From NCBI GenBank assembly GCA_016699105.1, contig CP064960.1, positions 392,727 to 456,726 of the forward strand: a stretch of 64,000 bases of DNA, read 5' to 3'. The DNA is from a bacterium (lineage in GTDB: Bacteria > Patescibacteriota > Saccharimonadia > UBA4664). The notes under the pieces were generated by a model, which did not search any database, had not been told where the DNA came from, and worked only from the letters and a program-made list of their open reading frames with translations. How positions within the stretch are numbered: position 1 is the first letter of the stretch; each line of letters begins with the position of its first letter. Positions 42,069 to 52,824 of this stretch are shown here, piece after piece. The position numbers and the translations under genes were made by a program.

Positions 42069-43283
42069 TTGAGAGGAGTGCGCGTTTTGGCGAAAGCAGA
42101 CCAGGACCCGGTCGTTGATGCGACCGTGCCAGCCGATGACGAGGTGAATGCTGAGACTAAGAATAAAAAGTCTGGCAAGAGCAAAGAGGCTGAAAAGATC
42201 GAAAAAGTAATCGAGTCGGATGGTGATGTCGACAAAAATGAGGTGGTTGAAGACGACAAGTCCGATGCTGACGAAACCGAAACCGACGAGCCGAAGAAAA
42301 TTGAAACCAAGGCAGTAAGTGCCAAGAGCGGTCGCTTTGGGCAGATGAAAAATCCGCTAGCTGGCGCAGGTTCCAAGACTTGGCTGACGCGGTTATTGGC
42401 CGTAGTCGTAGCTTTGGGCGCAATTGCGCTGACCGTGTTTGGTGTACTGATTTATTACTACCGTAGTGAAAATCCGGCAGTCAGAACGGTTGCCCGGGTA
42501 GTGCCTTATCCAGTTCAGCAAGTGAATGGCCGGTTTGTGAGCTATGGTGATTATTTGTTTGAAGTGGACGCCAATAAGCGTGCTTACCAAAACAATGCCA
42601 AGCTCAATGGTCAATCGGAAGTCGACTTTGGCTCAGAAGAGGGCAAGAAATTGCTGGTGCAAATCAAGCAACATGCACTCGACAAGCTCAAAGATGATGC
42701 TTTGGTGTCGCAGTTGGCGGCCCAACGCAATGTGAAGGTGACCGACAAAGAGGTTGAAGAGTTGACCAGCCAATTGTACGAGCGCTACGGCGGTAAAGAC
42801 ACGCTCCTCAAGACGCTCAATGACATCTATGGCTGGAACGTCAACGATTTGCAGCGGGTGCTGCGTAAGCAATTGCTGACCAAGAACCTAGAAGCAAACG
42901 TTACTGCCGACAAAGCCGCTGATGAAGCCGCCAAAGCCAAGGCCACTGCAGTTCTAGACAAAGTCAAAGGTGGAGGAGACTTCGCGGAGCTCGCCAAACA
43001 GTATTCACAAGCATCTGATGCAGCCAATGGCGGCGACTTGGGCTTCTTCTCCAAGGGTCAGTTGCCCGACAATGTTCAGGCCGCGGCTGAGGCCTTGCAA
43101 CCGGGACAGGTGAGTGATGTCATCAAGACCGATTATGGCTACGAAGTACTGAAAGTTGTCGAAAAGAAAGATGACGGTTCGATCCACGGACTGCACATCT
43201 TGATCAAGACCATCGACTTTAACGACTACTTCCAAGAGCAGCTCGACAAAGCTAAAACCAAGACGTTCATCAAGATCGACTAG
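42069..43283 (+). CDS. parvulin-type peptidyl-prolyl isomerase (PrsA/SurA-like), membrane-anchored with an acidic N-terminus
   Basis: GGDFAELAKQYSQASDAANGGDLGFFSKGQLPDNVQAAAEALQPGQVSDVIKTDYGYEVLKV. Confidence 0.75.
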   Translation: MRGVRVLAKADQDPVVDATVPADDEVNAETKNKKSGKSKEAEKIEKVIESDGDVDKNEVVEDDKSDADETETDEPKKIETKAVSAKSGRFGQMKNPLAGAGSKTWLTRLLAVVVALGAIALTVFGVLIYYYRSENPAVRTVARVVPYPVQQVNGRFVSYGDYLFEVDANKRAYQNNAKLNGQSEVDFGSEEGKKLLVQIKQHALDKLKDDALVSQLAAQRNVKVTDKEVEELTSQLYERYGGKDTLLKTLNDIYGWNVNDLQRVLRKQLLTKNLEANVTADKAADEAAKAKATAVLDKVKGGGDFAELAKQYSQASDAANGGDLGFFSKGQLPDNVQAAAEALQPGQVSDVIKTDYGYEVLKVVEKKDDGSIHGLHILIKTIDFNDYFQEQLDKAKTKTFIKID

Positions 43284-43373
43284 CTAACATTTAGCGATCA
43301 TAAAACTGCCCCCGCCAGCGCCTTGTCGCCCGGGGGCAGATCTGTTATAGTGGGGCGGTTGTTAGTCACACAC

Positions 43374-43450
43374 GGGCTCGTGGTGTAGAGGCCTAACATG
43401 CCTCCCTGTCACGGAGGAGATCGCCGGTTCGAATCCGGTCGAGCCCGCCA
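43374..43450 (+). tRNA. tRNA-Asp (anticodon GUC)
   Basis: GGGCTCGTGGTGTAGAGGCCTAACATGCCTCCCTGTCACGGAGG...GGTTCGAATCCGGTCGAGCCCGCCA, with CCA encoded. Confidence 0.85.
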
Positions 43451-43489
43451 AAGTAAGAACCTCACCGATTGGTGGGGTTTTTACTTTGG
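43451..43489 (+). terminator. hairpin plus T-run immediately 3' of tRNA-Asp
   Basis: CCAAAGTAAGAACCTCACC-gatt-GGTGGGGTTTTTACTTTGG. Confidence 0.5.
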
Positions 43490-44382
43490 CGGAATTGTCT
43501 ACAAAGGAAGTAGTGAAGCGGTGCTTCTGTTTGGGCTTGGATATGACCAAATACTACCCATATGGTAACATCACTTATGGAATTAATAACAAGATTATGA
43601 CAGAGCATTTTTCCGATTACGATCTGCCGAAAAGCAAAGAGCCTACGCCACTCGGCAAAATTGTTGGGTATGATGCCGAGGAGAATGCACACTCCAGAGA
43701 AGCATTAGAGATTGATTATTTTAGAATCGATGACGATCCGCAGCTATTACCTGCCTTTCATGACTTGATGGGTTATATTCAAGAATTCCAGAACCAGTAT
43801 AGTATTCCCGGTACTGATATTGATCCCGGCCTGATACGAGCCCTTACAGCAGAAAATATGAGCTATATAGCAGGCCTTTTGCGTTTAGAGAAAGATAACG
43901 GCGGTGTCTATGATACGCGGACAGGTGTTGTATATGTTCGGGAGCCAGAACGGCGCGACAGCGACACTTCTCTTGCTCACTTCTTTTACGCTCTATCCCA
44001 CGAACTTGGTCATAAACTCACTTCAGGTTTAAGTCATTACTATAATTCTAGCGATAGTTCTCACATTTTGATTGAGGGTCTCGCCGATAGATTTGCACGA
44101 GGATATATGCATGAAGTGTACTTGCCAAAATATGCCCCAGCTATCACCGAAACACTCACGAGTCAGTTCGCTCAAGGACAGCGCCCGTTTATATTTGAAG
44201 GTGTTGAACTTGAACGCGAGGATATACTTACTATTGACCCAAAGACACTCATTGCGGAAGGGTTTAGCAGGATATTCGAAACCAAGGTAGTACAAGCATT
44301 GGAAGCACAGCTCGGCGATGAAGTATTTTCCGAGGTAATGCGAGCGGCTGCCGGCTCGGATGCGTTAGCTTACGCCGACTGA
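43486..44382 (+). CDS. hypothetical zinc metallopeptidase (HExxH; ImmA/IrrE-DUF955-like?) in a low-GC islet
   Basis: SHELGHKL motif. About 30-38% GC against a roughly 50% background. No signal peptide. The start may be the ATG at 43543. Confidence 0.5.
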   Translation: MAELSTKEVVKRCFCLGLDMTKYYPYGNITYGINNKIMTEHFSDYDLPKSKEPTPLGKIVGYDAEENAHSREALEIDYFRIDDDPQLLPAFHDLMGYIQEFQNQYSIPGTDIDPGLIRALTAENMSYIAGLLRLEKDNGGVYDTRTGVVYVREPERRDSDTSLAHFFYALSHELGHKLTSGLSHYYNSSDSSHILIEGLADRFARGYMHEVYLPKYAPAITETLTSQFAQGQRPFIFEGVELEREDILTIDPKTLIAEGFSRIFETKVVQALEAQLGDEVFSEVMRAAAGSDALAYAD

Positions 44383-44500
44383 TTGTTGCTCAATGTGGTA
44401 TTGGGACTTGGGAATTGCTCACGGCCGATCCTTCTAAAATGTCACCGGCAGCGGTTCTTCGTGAACTACAACAATAGTTCCGAACCTGCAAAATATTGGT

Positions 44501-44602
44501 CCGCCAAAGTAAGGAACTCACCGCATGGTTGGGCTTTTATTTTGGTTAGTTACCAAGCACCGCAGAAAGGCGGCGGAATCCACAATCCGGTCGAGCCCGC
44601 CA
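44501..44602 (+). repeat. degenerate direct repeats of the tRNA-Asp 3' end and its downstream hairpin
   Basis: 44584-44602 is a 19/19 match to 43432-43450 (aatccggtcgagcccgcca). 44501-44545 is about 85% identical to 43445-43489. Confidence 0.75.
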
Positions 44603-44658
44603 GGAATTATTAAACAGGCGACCGCAGTATGTGGCCGCTTTTTGTTATACTGCCAGCA

Positions 44659-45562
44659 ATGCAGTACAAAGAAATCCAAGAACAAATCCAAAAAGTCGTC
44701 GACTTCGAAATTGATAGTATCAAGTTACTCGGAAGTGGAATGGCTAATACGGCCTATGTCGTAAACGGTACATGGGTATTTCGTTTTGCCATGATAGGTG
44801 AAGCAAAGCGGACCTTAATCAAAGAAGTTTCCATACTACCGGTAATAGCCTCGTCGTTACAAGTAGGGGTCCCGAATCCGTCGTACTCGCGTATGCAGCC
44901 TGATCAATCGTACTTTGTTGGCTACGAGCTTTTGCCAGGTGAACCGCTTGAGCGCAATCGATTCAACAGACTTGCGGCGGATATTCAGAGCCAATTACTG
45001 CATGAGCTTCACGATTTTTTAATTGAACTGCATGCCATTGAACTAGTGAGAGTCCCAGCTTTGGAGGAAGAAGCATATGTGGGGGCATATAACCAAACTC
45101 AACGTCACTTTCATGATCAATTGAGCTCAGTTTTAGGCCCGGATGTCGTGCACAAGATCGAAGCAGTCTATGTGGCATATGAAGCTGATTTAGCCAATCG
45201 TTCGCGTGGTCCGGTTGTTATCCATTCCGACCTGAAGCCGGATCATGTTTTGTTTGACTCTAACACCGGTCACTTAACCGGCGTATTGGACTACAGCGAT
45301 TCAGCTTTGGGTGATCCAGATTATGATTTCGTGATAGTGGGTGTGTTTTTCAGCGAGGATTTCTTAATTCGACTTCTTGATTATGGTAATGAAAGAGACA
45401 AGGCGCGTATTTTGCGAAAAGCTCCTTTTTGAAATTGGTTCGGGCGTTACAGGACTTGATGCTTTACGTTCAGGACCACGATGACCACTTAATTGAACCA
45501 GCGCTTCGAACTGTTGATTCAATAATAAGCGTTTATGATGAAAATGGGGAATTGGCGAGTTG
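44659..45562 (+). CDS. aminoglycoside/macrolide phosphotransferase (APH) family kinase, with a probable A-run frameshift near 45412
   Basis: LLGSGMANTAYVV; VIHSDLKPDHVLFD; GVLDYSDSALGDPDYDF. After repair the C-terminus reads ILRKSSFLKLVRALQDLMLYVQDHDDHLIEPAL... Confidence 0.7.
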
Positions 45563-45649
45563 AAAATTTGTTCGAATTTCCTTCACCATGGTTAGACTCA
45601 TATTATTGAAATCGACCCAAATTATGGTCGTTTTTGTTATCCTTAATCT

Positions 45650-46258
45650 ATGAAACTCACTCTCGCAAAAGTTGCACAAGACCCATCTTTGGCTACCAAT
45701 AGCTTTGAAGTTGATGGTCAAGAATTTGTATTTCGTCCCTTAACGACCGAAGATATACCGCTGCTAACTGAATTTCTCGCTGGGCTGTCTGCTGAGTCAC
45801 GCCGATTGAGCACTTTTGATGGATATGACCAACTTGCCGCGCAAGGTCTGATTGATGCCATAAACCGGTATGACAAATTAAGGTTTTGTATTCAAGATGG
45901 TTCCAGGATGGTCGGTTTGATTGAATTTAGTTTTGGGCTGCCACAGGAAGATATTGATCGTTTTGCAATGGCTGGAATCAAGCTAACTGAAAATAGCGAT
46001 TGTCGATTTGGTCCCACTTTGGCAGATGACTATCAAGATCGAGGAATCGGGTCGAAGCTTTTTCCGTTAGTCACGCAAGTCGCCAGAGCGTTCGGAAAGA
46101 GCCGGATAATACTTTGGGGCGGGGGTATTATTGGACAACCCCAGAGCTATTAGATATTACGAGAAATTAGGTTTCAAACATGTCTCTGAGTTTGTGGGCT
46201 CGGATGGTGTGAAGAGTATGGACATGATATTTGAGCTTAGCGATCAGCCTGTATAATT
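45650..46258 (+). CDS. GNAT family N-acetyltransferase, with a G-run frameshift near 46128
   Basis: After repair, motif A reads ...RGIGSKLF... and the C-terminus reads ...AIRYYEKLGFKHVSEFVGSDGVKSMDMIFEL. Confidence 0.75.
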
Positions 46259-46285
46259 ATTCCTAACAATGACTCAAAACCAACA

Positions 46286-47476
46286 GTGGCTCGCCAAAAA
46301 TATTATGCCTACCGGACACTCACCAGTATGTGGTTTACGGGAGCCATTTGGTTATACTTGTATCGGATATTTATCACCGATCAGCAAGTCGGTATTCTTG
46401 ATGGGATGGCGTTTGCTATGGGATTACTCGCTGAAGTGCCCTCAGGTGCTTTGGCTGACAAGTTTGGTCGCGACAAGGTGGTGCGGCTGGGCTTATTACT
46501 CACAGGAAGTGGCTTACTACTACAGTCGATAGGCGGTAGTTTTATGCCTTTCTTCGTTGGTCAAGCCATATTAATGATTGGTATTTCGTTTGTATCTGGT
46601 GCGGACGAAGCCTCTTTTTTGAGCAGCTCAAATTCGATACGAATTCCGCTGATTGGCGAAAAGTTAGTTACCCTGGGCTCGCAGGTGGCTTTGATTGGTA
46701 CAGTAGTCGCCTTAGTGATGGGTGGCTGGTTACATACTATTAATCCTCGTATTCCCTGGATCCTGAACGGACTCGTGTTTTCTTTGCTGCGGTAACTATC
46801 TGGTCAATTAAGGATGATCGAACTAAGTCAGTCAGGCAAAAATTTTGCCTGAACTTGCAGACTACTTAAACGATATAAAACCGGGTTTGCTCAATTTGGT
46901 TTGCCAAGACTGCGGTTGTATCTACCAATTATTATTACGGTGCAAGGTTTATTCTTTGCGACTGGCTTTGGGTTGCTCCGCCTCATATTGCTGGATCGAT
47001 TCCATTTTCAACCGTTTTGGGGTTCGGTGGCTGTGGCGAGTAGTAGTTTGATCACAGTTGGATTGCTGGCGTATATGCATAAATATGCCGATGCATTGAG
47101 TGAAAAGCGCGTCTTGGTGTTGGTAGCACTGACTGCTGCCTCAAGCCTATTGTTGGCAGTAGGAGATATCGGATTATGGGGATATGTGGTCATTTTGGCA
47201 CTTTATGCAGGAGAACATGTCTTACATCCGTTTATGAGCGAGATACTCAACCGGCATGCACCTCAACAGCAGCGGGCGACAGTTCTGTCAGTAGCATCGT
47301 TTCTTAAAACTCTGCCTTATGTCATGCTTGCACCTGTCATTGGTTATCTTAATACCAATGGTCAAATTGCCTATTTTCTCGTAGCCTGGTCCATACTCAT
47401 TTTTGGGGCAGTCGGCATCTATTTAGTCACTAAGAAGCGTGATACAAACATCTCGTTAGCTGTACCTGCAGCTTAA
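46286..47476 (+). CDS. MFS transporter, fragmented by frameshifts
   Basis: The N-terminal half (46286-46795) and C-terminal half (46901-47476) each contain about 6 TM segments. ADKFGRDKV lies in loop 2-3. Confidence 0.6.
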
Positions 47477-47498
47477 TCAAACAGCGTATAGTAAATCT

Positions 47499-48873
47499 AT
47501 GACTCACGCTCAACGACTCGTACTTATTGTCAGTATTTTGGCCTCGTTTGTGGCGTTTTTGGATGGCTCAGTGGTAAATGTTATTTTGCCAGCGTTGGCG
47601 CGGGATTTTGGGGGTGGGCTGGCGTTGCAACAGTGGGTAGTTGATGGATATTTGCTGACATTGGGTTCGCTAATATTGCTGGCCGGATCGTTGGCGGATG
47701 GATTTGGGCAGCGACGGGTTTTGATGTGGGGCTGATCGGTTTTGGCGCGAGTTCGTTGCTGTGTGCGGTGGCACCAAATGGCGAGATATTGATTTTGGCT
47801 CGATTGCTGCAGGGGCAGCTGGTGCCTTGCTGGTGCCAAGCTCGCTGGCAATTATTATCCGGGCGTTTAGCGGAGCCGCTCAAGGCCGGGCGATTGGCAT
47901 TTGGACAGCCTGGACTGGTATGGCTTTTGTGTTGGGGCCATTGCTCGGTGGGTGGCTGGTGGATGTGGCGTCATGGCGGTGGGTATTTGCGATCAATTTG
48001 GCGCCGGTCGTAATTACACTGGTACTTATTGGGCGTATTCACTTGGAGCAAACAGTGGTGACTACGTGGCGGCCAGACTGGTTCGGGGCCGTATTGTGTA
48101 CTGGTGGTTTGGCGGCCACAGTGTATGCCCTTATTGAGCTACCAGTGGTGGGTTGGCAGGCGGGATGGCTGCAAATACTACTTGGGCTTGGCATTGTGAG
48201 CTTGGGTATATTTGGATGGTATGAGCGGCGGGTGAGTCAGCCGATGCTACCGTTGCAATTGTTTAGGGTGCGCAATTTCTGGGTGGGTAACGTGGCGACA
48301 GTGGCTATTTATGGTGGGTTAACTGTGGCTACGTTTCTGTTGACGTTATATTTGCAGCAAGTGGCCGGTTACAGTGCTTTGGCCGCGGGATCGGCCTTGC
48401 TGCCGATACCCGTGATCATGTTTGGTCTATCGTCGCGCATTGGAGGGCTAGCCGGTACGTATGGGCCGCGTTGGTTTATGGCTGGTGGGCCAATGGTAGC
48501 CGCTGTGGGATTTGGGCTGCTGAGTCGAATTCAAAATGAGGCTGTCTATGTGTCCGATGTGTTACCGGGTGTGCTGGTGTTTGCTGTAGGCTTGGCTCTG
48601 ACTGTGTCGCCGTTAACGACGGCGGTACTGGCTGATATTGGCGCGGCTCGGGCGGGGGTGGGTAGCGCGGTCAATAATGCCGTGTCGCGGGTAGCCGGAT
48701 TGCTGGCGACGGCGATGGTGGGTTTGGTGATTGGCAGCCAACTCAACCAAGCGGGCTATGCTCGGGGTATGTTGGCTACGGCGGTAGCGATGGCGATTGG
48801 TGGTGTGGTGAGTGCAGTTGGGATATTAAATCCGAGCCCACGATCTAAATCTCAGAGTAGGGCACCAGTTTAA
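47499..48873 (+). CDS. MFS drug:H+ antiporter (EmrB/QacA-like, 14-TMS type), with frameshifts near 47730-47770
   Basis: LVLIVSILASFVAFLDGSVVNVILPALARDFGG...WVVDGYLLTLGSLILLAGSLADGFGQRRV; LLQGAAGALLVPSSLAII. Confidence 0.75.
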
Positions 48874-49607
48874 AATCGTGGGAGTCCAACCAGTGTCGAA
48901 AAGCCGGATCAGTGGCCAAAGCAAGGTCGCGCTGACGCTCATCCACCAAACTAGTGAGCGAGCGGAGCTCGTCGTCGACTGTGCCGGGATGAAGGCAGAT
49001 TTCGACGGAAGTATTATCTGGTAATTGGCCGAGATCGGTCTGGTAGGCTGAGCGCGTGTCATCAAGTGTTGTAAAATCGTCAATGTGCGTGATGAAGTTG
49101 TCGGTTGTACGAACATTGTGTTCTAAGATATATCGGACGTTTGGACTATTGGGGTCACGTAAGTCTGAATCGTCAACCGACCGAGGTTGTCGCATGGGTA
49201 TTTCGTACTTTGCGGCGTATTCGGTGATCGTGGGTAAGGCCTTGGCATTCGACAAAATACCATATTGAGACGTGATGTGGCTCGGCTGTCGGCCAAGTAA
49301 GCGCTCAAATTCCGCTAATTCAGCGGCTATAAGTGCAGCAATAGTAGCTTCGGAGTTTTTGGCAAAGAGTTCTACATATCCGGGTCTGCGGACAGTTGCA
49401 CCAGTATCACGCCAGTGCTTGAGGAGCATATGAATTCCGACATTATGAATATCGTGACTCTTAATAAGCTCAAGTGCATGGTCGGTGCCGGGTGAACCGA
49501 GCATCAGTGATAGCTCAGTAACAATACCTTTGCTGGGCTTCAACGATGCCGTGATTTACGGCTGGGCAAAGTCCATAGTCGTCGGCAACAACAACAATTT
49601 TTTTCAT
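48845..49607 (-). CDS. ChbG/YdjC family carbohydrate deacetylase, N-terminus frameshifted
   Basis: MKKIVVVADDYGL...NHGIVEA in another frame joins KGIVTELSLMLGSPG...EICLHPGT.... Confidence 0.65.
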
Positions 49608-49629
49608 AGCATAGATTATAGAAGAATCA

Positions 49630-50253
49630 TTATCGAATAAATACGGCTTCACCGATGTAATCATCCGAGACTGCTAATTGGACGAGGGCGGTGGCGACGT
49701 CTTGGCGATGAATGGTCGCCCAGGGAGGGGGAGGCGAAGTCTTGATACTGAAACGTCCTTGGGAACCGAAACTACGCATGACGGGTGAGCGTAGGCATGT
49801 CCAAGCTAGAGAACTCTGCTGGAGGAGCTCCAGGTGTTTTTCGGAATCGGCGAGTATCTTGGGCGCAACTTGCTTGAGGACGGGACGCAAAAGCTGTTGG
49901 AAGAAAGTAGTGTGATCGCCAGACATTCTGGCATCTGCGCCGGTAAGTGTGACGAGGCGGTTGATGCCGAGCTTCGGCATGAGTTTGACTAAATGCCCGG
50001 TGGCACTCGAGACAATGTCTTGGGTAGGCGTATGCCAGCTGCCGAGAGCGCAAATGACGGCATCTGCCCCGTGGAGCGCTACTTTGACGTCGCTAGCCAG
50101 GTGGACATCTCCTGAAACAACCTTCAATGCGTTGTGAAAAGGAAACGGATTGGGTCCGTGGCAAAAAGCAATCACGCTATACCCTTGGGTAAGCAGGATG
50201 TCTACGACGCGACGACCAATATGTCCGGTAGCACCAAGGACTGTAATGGTCAT
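49630..50253 (-). CDS. NAD(P)H-binding (NmrA/SDR-like) oxidoreductase
   Basis: MTITVLGATGHIGRRVV Rossmann motif. Its ATG overlaps the def stop (ATGA). Confidence 0.7.
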   Translation of the reverse strand: MTITVLGATGHIGRRVVDILLTQGYSVIAFCHGPNPFPFHNALKVVSGDVHLASDVKVALHGADAVICALGSWHTPTQDIVSSATGHLVKLMPKLGINRLVTLTGADARMSGDHTTFFQQLLRPVLKQVAPKILADSEKHLELLQQSSLAWTCLRSPVMRSFGSQGRFSIKTSPPPPWATIHRQDVATALVQLAVSDDYIGEAVFIR

Positions 50254-50879
50254 AATTGCAATTCCGGTTGATTTTTGAGCGCTTCCCACTGTGCGAAGGT
50301 GCATTTGTGTGGCCAGTGGCGCCATTGCTCTTGGTCACGATAGGTAACGAACTCGTCGTCTGACACTAGATGTAAGCGGTCTGGATTGGTGATGTGATCT
50401 ATGAAAACTTTGCCATCGAGATGGTCAATTTCGTGCTGGAAGATGCGGGCATTATAGCCATGGAACTCATAGGTATGCTGATTGGCTTTTCGGTCATAGG
50501 TTCGGACTGTAATGTCTCGATAACGATCGACGATGCCGCAAATTGGCCCGGTAGAATAACAGCCCTCGTACCATTGTGTAGTCTCGGCACTGTGCTCGGT
50601 GATTTCGGGATTAATCAGCTCAACGAGCTGGCCGGTGCCGCCATGACCGTCGGAGGCCACATCAACTAAAAGTATACGTTGGCTAATACCCACTTGAGGG
50701 GCTGCTAGTCCCACCAGAATCCGGCCAACTTGAGCCGATTGACGCTGACGGGCGATGGCATACAACTCTTCGAGCTGCGCCTGAAACGCCGGCGATGCAA
50801 TGATGTCGGTAGCAACAGATGGCGTAGATTGTCGCAACCGAGGGTCATTGGGTGGCAGGAAAGGGGAGTAGCTGGTCAT
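50250..50879 (-). CDS. def: peptide deformylase
   Basis: GLAAPQVG, EGCYS and QHEIDHLDG motifs. The listed ORF runs to 50996, but the likely start is MTSYSPF, which abuts the TrmB stop. Confidence 0.8.
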   Translation of the reverse strand: MTSYSPFLPPNDPRLRQSTPSVATDIIASPAFQAQLEELYAIARQRQSAQVGRILVGLAAPQVGISQRILLVDVASDGHGGTGQLVELINPEITEHSAETTQWYEGCYSTGPICGIVDRYRDITVRTYDRKANQHTYEFHGYNARIFQHEIDHLDGKVFIDHITNPDRLHLVSDDEFVTYRDQEQWRHWPHKCTFAQWEALKNQPELQL

Positions 50880-51613
50880 AATTGAGCCAACCATTGGCGC
50901 TGAGCGAGCGCGTACTGTCGATTTCGGTGGACGATGCCAAAAGCTTGCCCTTGATGCCAGGAAATAGTAGCCACATTGTCGTCCCAGACTAGACACGAAT
51001 GTGAAATATCGAGTTTACTCGAATCAATTGTGTAGTACTTTAAACCACGGATAGCTGATAATTCTTGGGTATGTTCAATGCTATTAACGAAGATTTTGGC
51101 TTGCAACTGACGATGTTGAAATTGTTGAGCCCATTCGTCGAGAAATGTTTGACTGAGTGCGCCGAAAACGGCTGAATCTTGATAGCCCATGATGGGGGTG
51201 CTGCTATCAAGTAGGCTCCACCAGATATGGCGCAGTCCGTCGGCTTGCGAAAAACTGGTGACGTCATCGGTGGGGGTGTTAATGCGCCGGTCGCCTAATG
51301 AGTACTCGATTAGCGTGAGATTATCTTTGAGCTGCTTAATAGTTTGAGTTTTTGAATCGAGTAGGTGATGCAAATTGCTTAACGGTGCTGCGCGGTAGAG
51401 GCCTTTTTTGGCTGTTGGATCAGAAATTATGAGTTGGTTGGCGGTGAGTTCGTCTAGGAGACGGTAAATACGGGTTCGTTCGATGCCAGCATGTCGCGAT
51501 AGCTCAGAAATAGTAAACGGGCCAGCGGTCATGAGAGCCAGATATATCTGGCTGACCTCTGGAGACAAGCCAATTTGTGCAAAATAATCATGAATGATCG
51601 TTCGTGGATCCAT
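50876..51613 (-). CDS. TrmB family transcriptional regulator
   Basis: N-terminal wHTH (FTISELSRHAGIERTRIYRLLDELTANQLI) and a TrmB-type C-terminal domain. Confidence 0.65.
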   Translation of the reverse strand: MDPRTIIHDYFAQIGLSPEVSQIYLALMTAGPFTISELSRHAGIERTRIYRLLDELTANQLIISDPTAKKGLYRAAPLSNLHHLLDSKTQTIKQLKDNLTLIEYSLGDRRINTPTDDVTSFSQADGLRHIWWSLLDSSTPIMGYQDSAVFGALSQTFLDEWAQQFQHRQLQAKIFVNSIEHTQELSAIRGLKYYTIDSSKLDISHSCLVWDDNVATISWHQGQAFGIVHRNRQYALAQRQWLAQL

Positions 51614-51707
51614 AGCCGCATGCTAACAGTTGTGCGCGATTTGCACAACTGTTTCACACAGGTTGTGTGTAAGGGCGCAAACGTTGTGCACGCTCGTGCA
51701 CATGGTT

Positions 51708-52307
51708 CTATTGAATGCTGGTTTGGTAGACCGACACTATCTGGTGACGGTCAATAAAATAGGTTTCGTAATACGATTCGAGGCCGGCTGGAAGATCGGC
51801 AAATTCGGTACCCAAAATAGCGTGAGCTTCATCGAGTTGCTCCTCGCCGGGAGCATATTCGCGTAGTTCTTGTTGGAGCTGTGAATTGACGAGCTGCTGG
51901 TTTATATCTGAGGTTAATCCCGCTTTTTCGGAATCAGACAACCGGCGATAGGCTAGGTGGAGCATTTCATGGACGGCTGTAACTGTTGATTGATCGGGAT
52001 TGGCTGGGTCATCGAGCACGAAAATCTGACCTTTTTCAGTCAGACAGCCTAATTGTTCGAATGAGCATACGTCTGAGATGGTGGTGGCATCAACAAACTG
52101 AGGGTCGCCTCTATAGAGCAACCTCGTAGCACTGGGAGTGAGGTTGGCTGCAGAGGCGATACTGACGGTTCTATTAGATGGCTCGTGTGTCTGAAAGAAC
52201 ACCCAATCTCCAATCGCCACCCGGTAAACAAAGGCCGCAACCAGTACGCCGCCCAAGCAGAGCAGGAATAATACATCAAACAATCGACTCGTTCGAAAAT
52301 TACGCAT
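51708..52307 (-). CDS. hypothetical membrane-anchored protein with an HEMLH motif (putative metallopeptidase)
   Basis: TM near the N-terminus (LFDVLFLLCLGGVLVAAFVY) and VTAVHEMLHLAY. The ORF is open to 52436. Confidence 0.4.
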   Translation of the reverse strand: MRNFRTSRLFDVLFLLCLGGVLVAAFVYRVAIGDWVFFQTHEPSNRTVSIASAANLTPSATRLLYRGDPQFVDATTISDVCSFEQLGCLTEKGQIFVLDDPANPDQSTVTAVHEMLHLAYRRLSDSEKAGLTSDINQQLVNSQLQQELREYAPGEEQLDEAHAILGTEFADLPAGLESYYETYFIDRHQIVSVYQTSIQ

Positions 52308-52325
52308 CTTGGTCTCAAATATAGC

Positions 52326-52787
52326 ATGGGCTCTCGAACTAAAAACGGTTGTGGTATATTGGTGGTAATGGATCAACCACGCCCGACACGCAGAATGGAT
52401 ATGGGACCGCGAAAGATGGACGGTTTTGCGCGCCAACGGCCGGTTTCGGCGGCTCGTCCTCAGGTACGGCCAGCTGCAGCGCAGCCAGTCGCTTCAAGGC
52501 AGGTGCCACAACCCCAGCCTCGAGCGGCTACTCAAGTACGACCAACGACGGCAACAAGACGACCGACAGTGGCACCTACAGCTCCAGTCCGACCCGCTCG
52601 TCCGGCACCGCGACCGCCAGTTCAGCGCGATGATCAATACGAGCACGAGCAATTATATGGCCAAGAACCATATGGTAATGAGCCGAAAATGTGGAAAGTA
52701 GTCGTGCAGTTTGTGATAGGACTGGCAGTAATTGCAGCTGTCGCCACCGCCGTAGTGTGGCTATGGTTAACATACTACCAGGGGTAG
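52326..52787 (+). CDS. hypothetical Pro-rich protein with a C-terminal TM
   Basis: RPQVRPAAAQPVASRQVPQPQPRAATQVRP...; C-terminal VVVQFVIGLAVIAAVATAVVWLWL. Confidence 0.3.
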   Translation: MGSRTKNGCGILVVMDQPRPTRRMDMGPRKMDGFARQRPVSAARPQVRPAAAQPVASRQVPQPQPRAATQVRPTTATRRPTVAPTAPVRPARPAPRPPVQRDDQYEHEQLYGQEPYGNEPKMWKVVVQFVIGLAVIAAVATAVVWLWLTYYQG

Positions 52788-52824
52788 GCAGGCTGTTAGA
52801 GATCATGAATGAGGTGAGCACGAT

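Noticed and set aside
44383-44764. ORFs of 76 and 79 aa across the tRNA-fragment repeat region
   Set aside because: They overlap the degenerate tRNA-Asp repeats and have no protein-like features. This is probably non-coding att-scar sequence.
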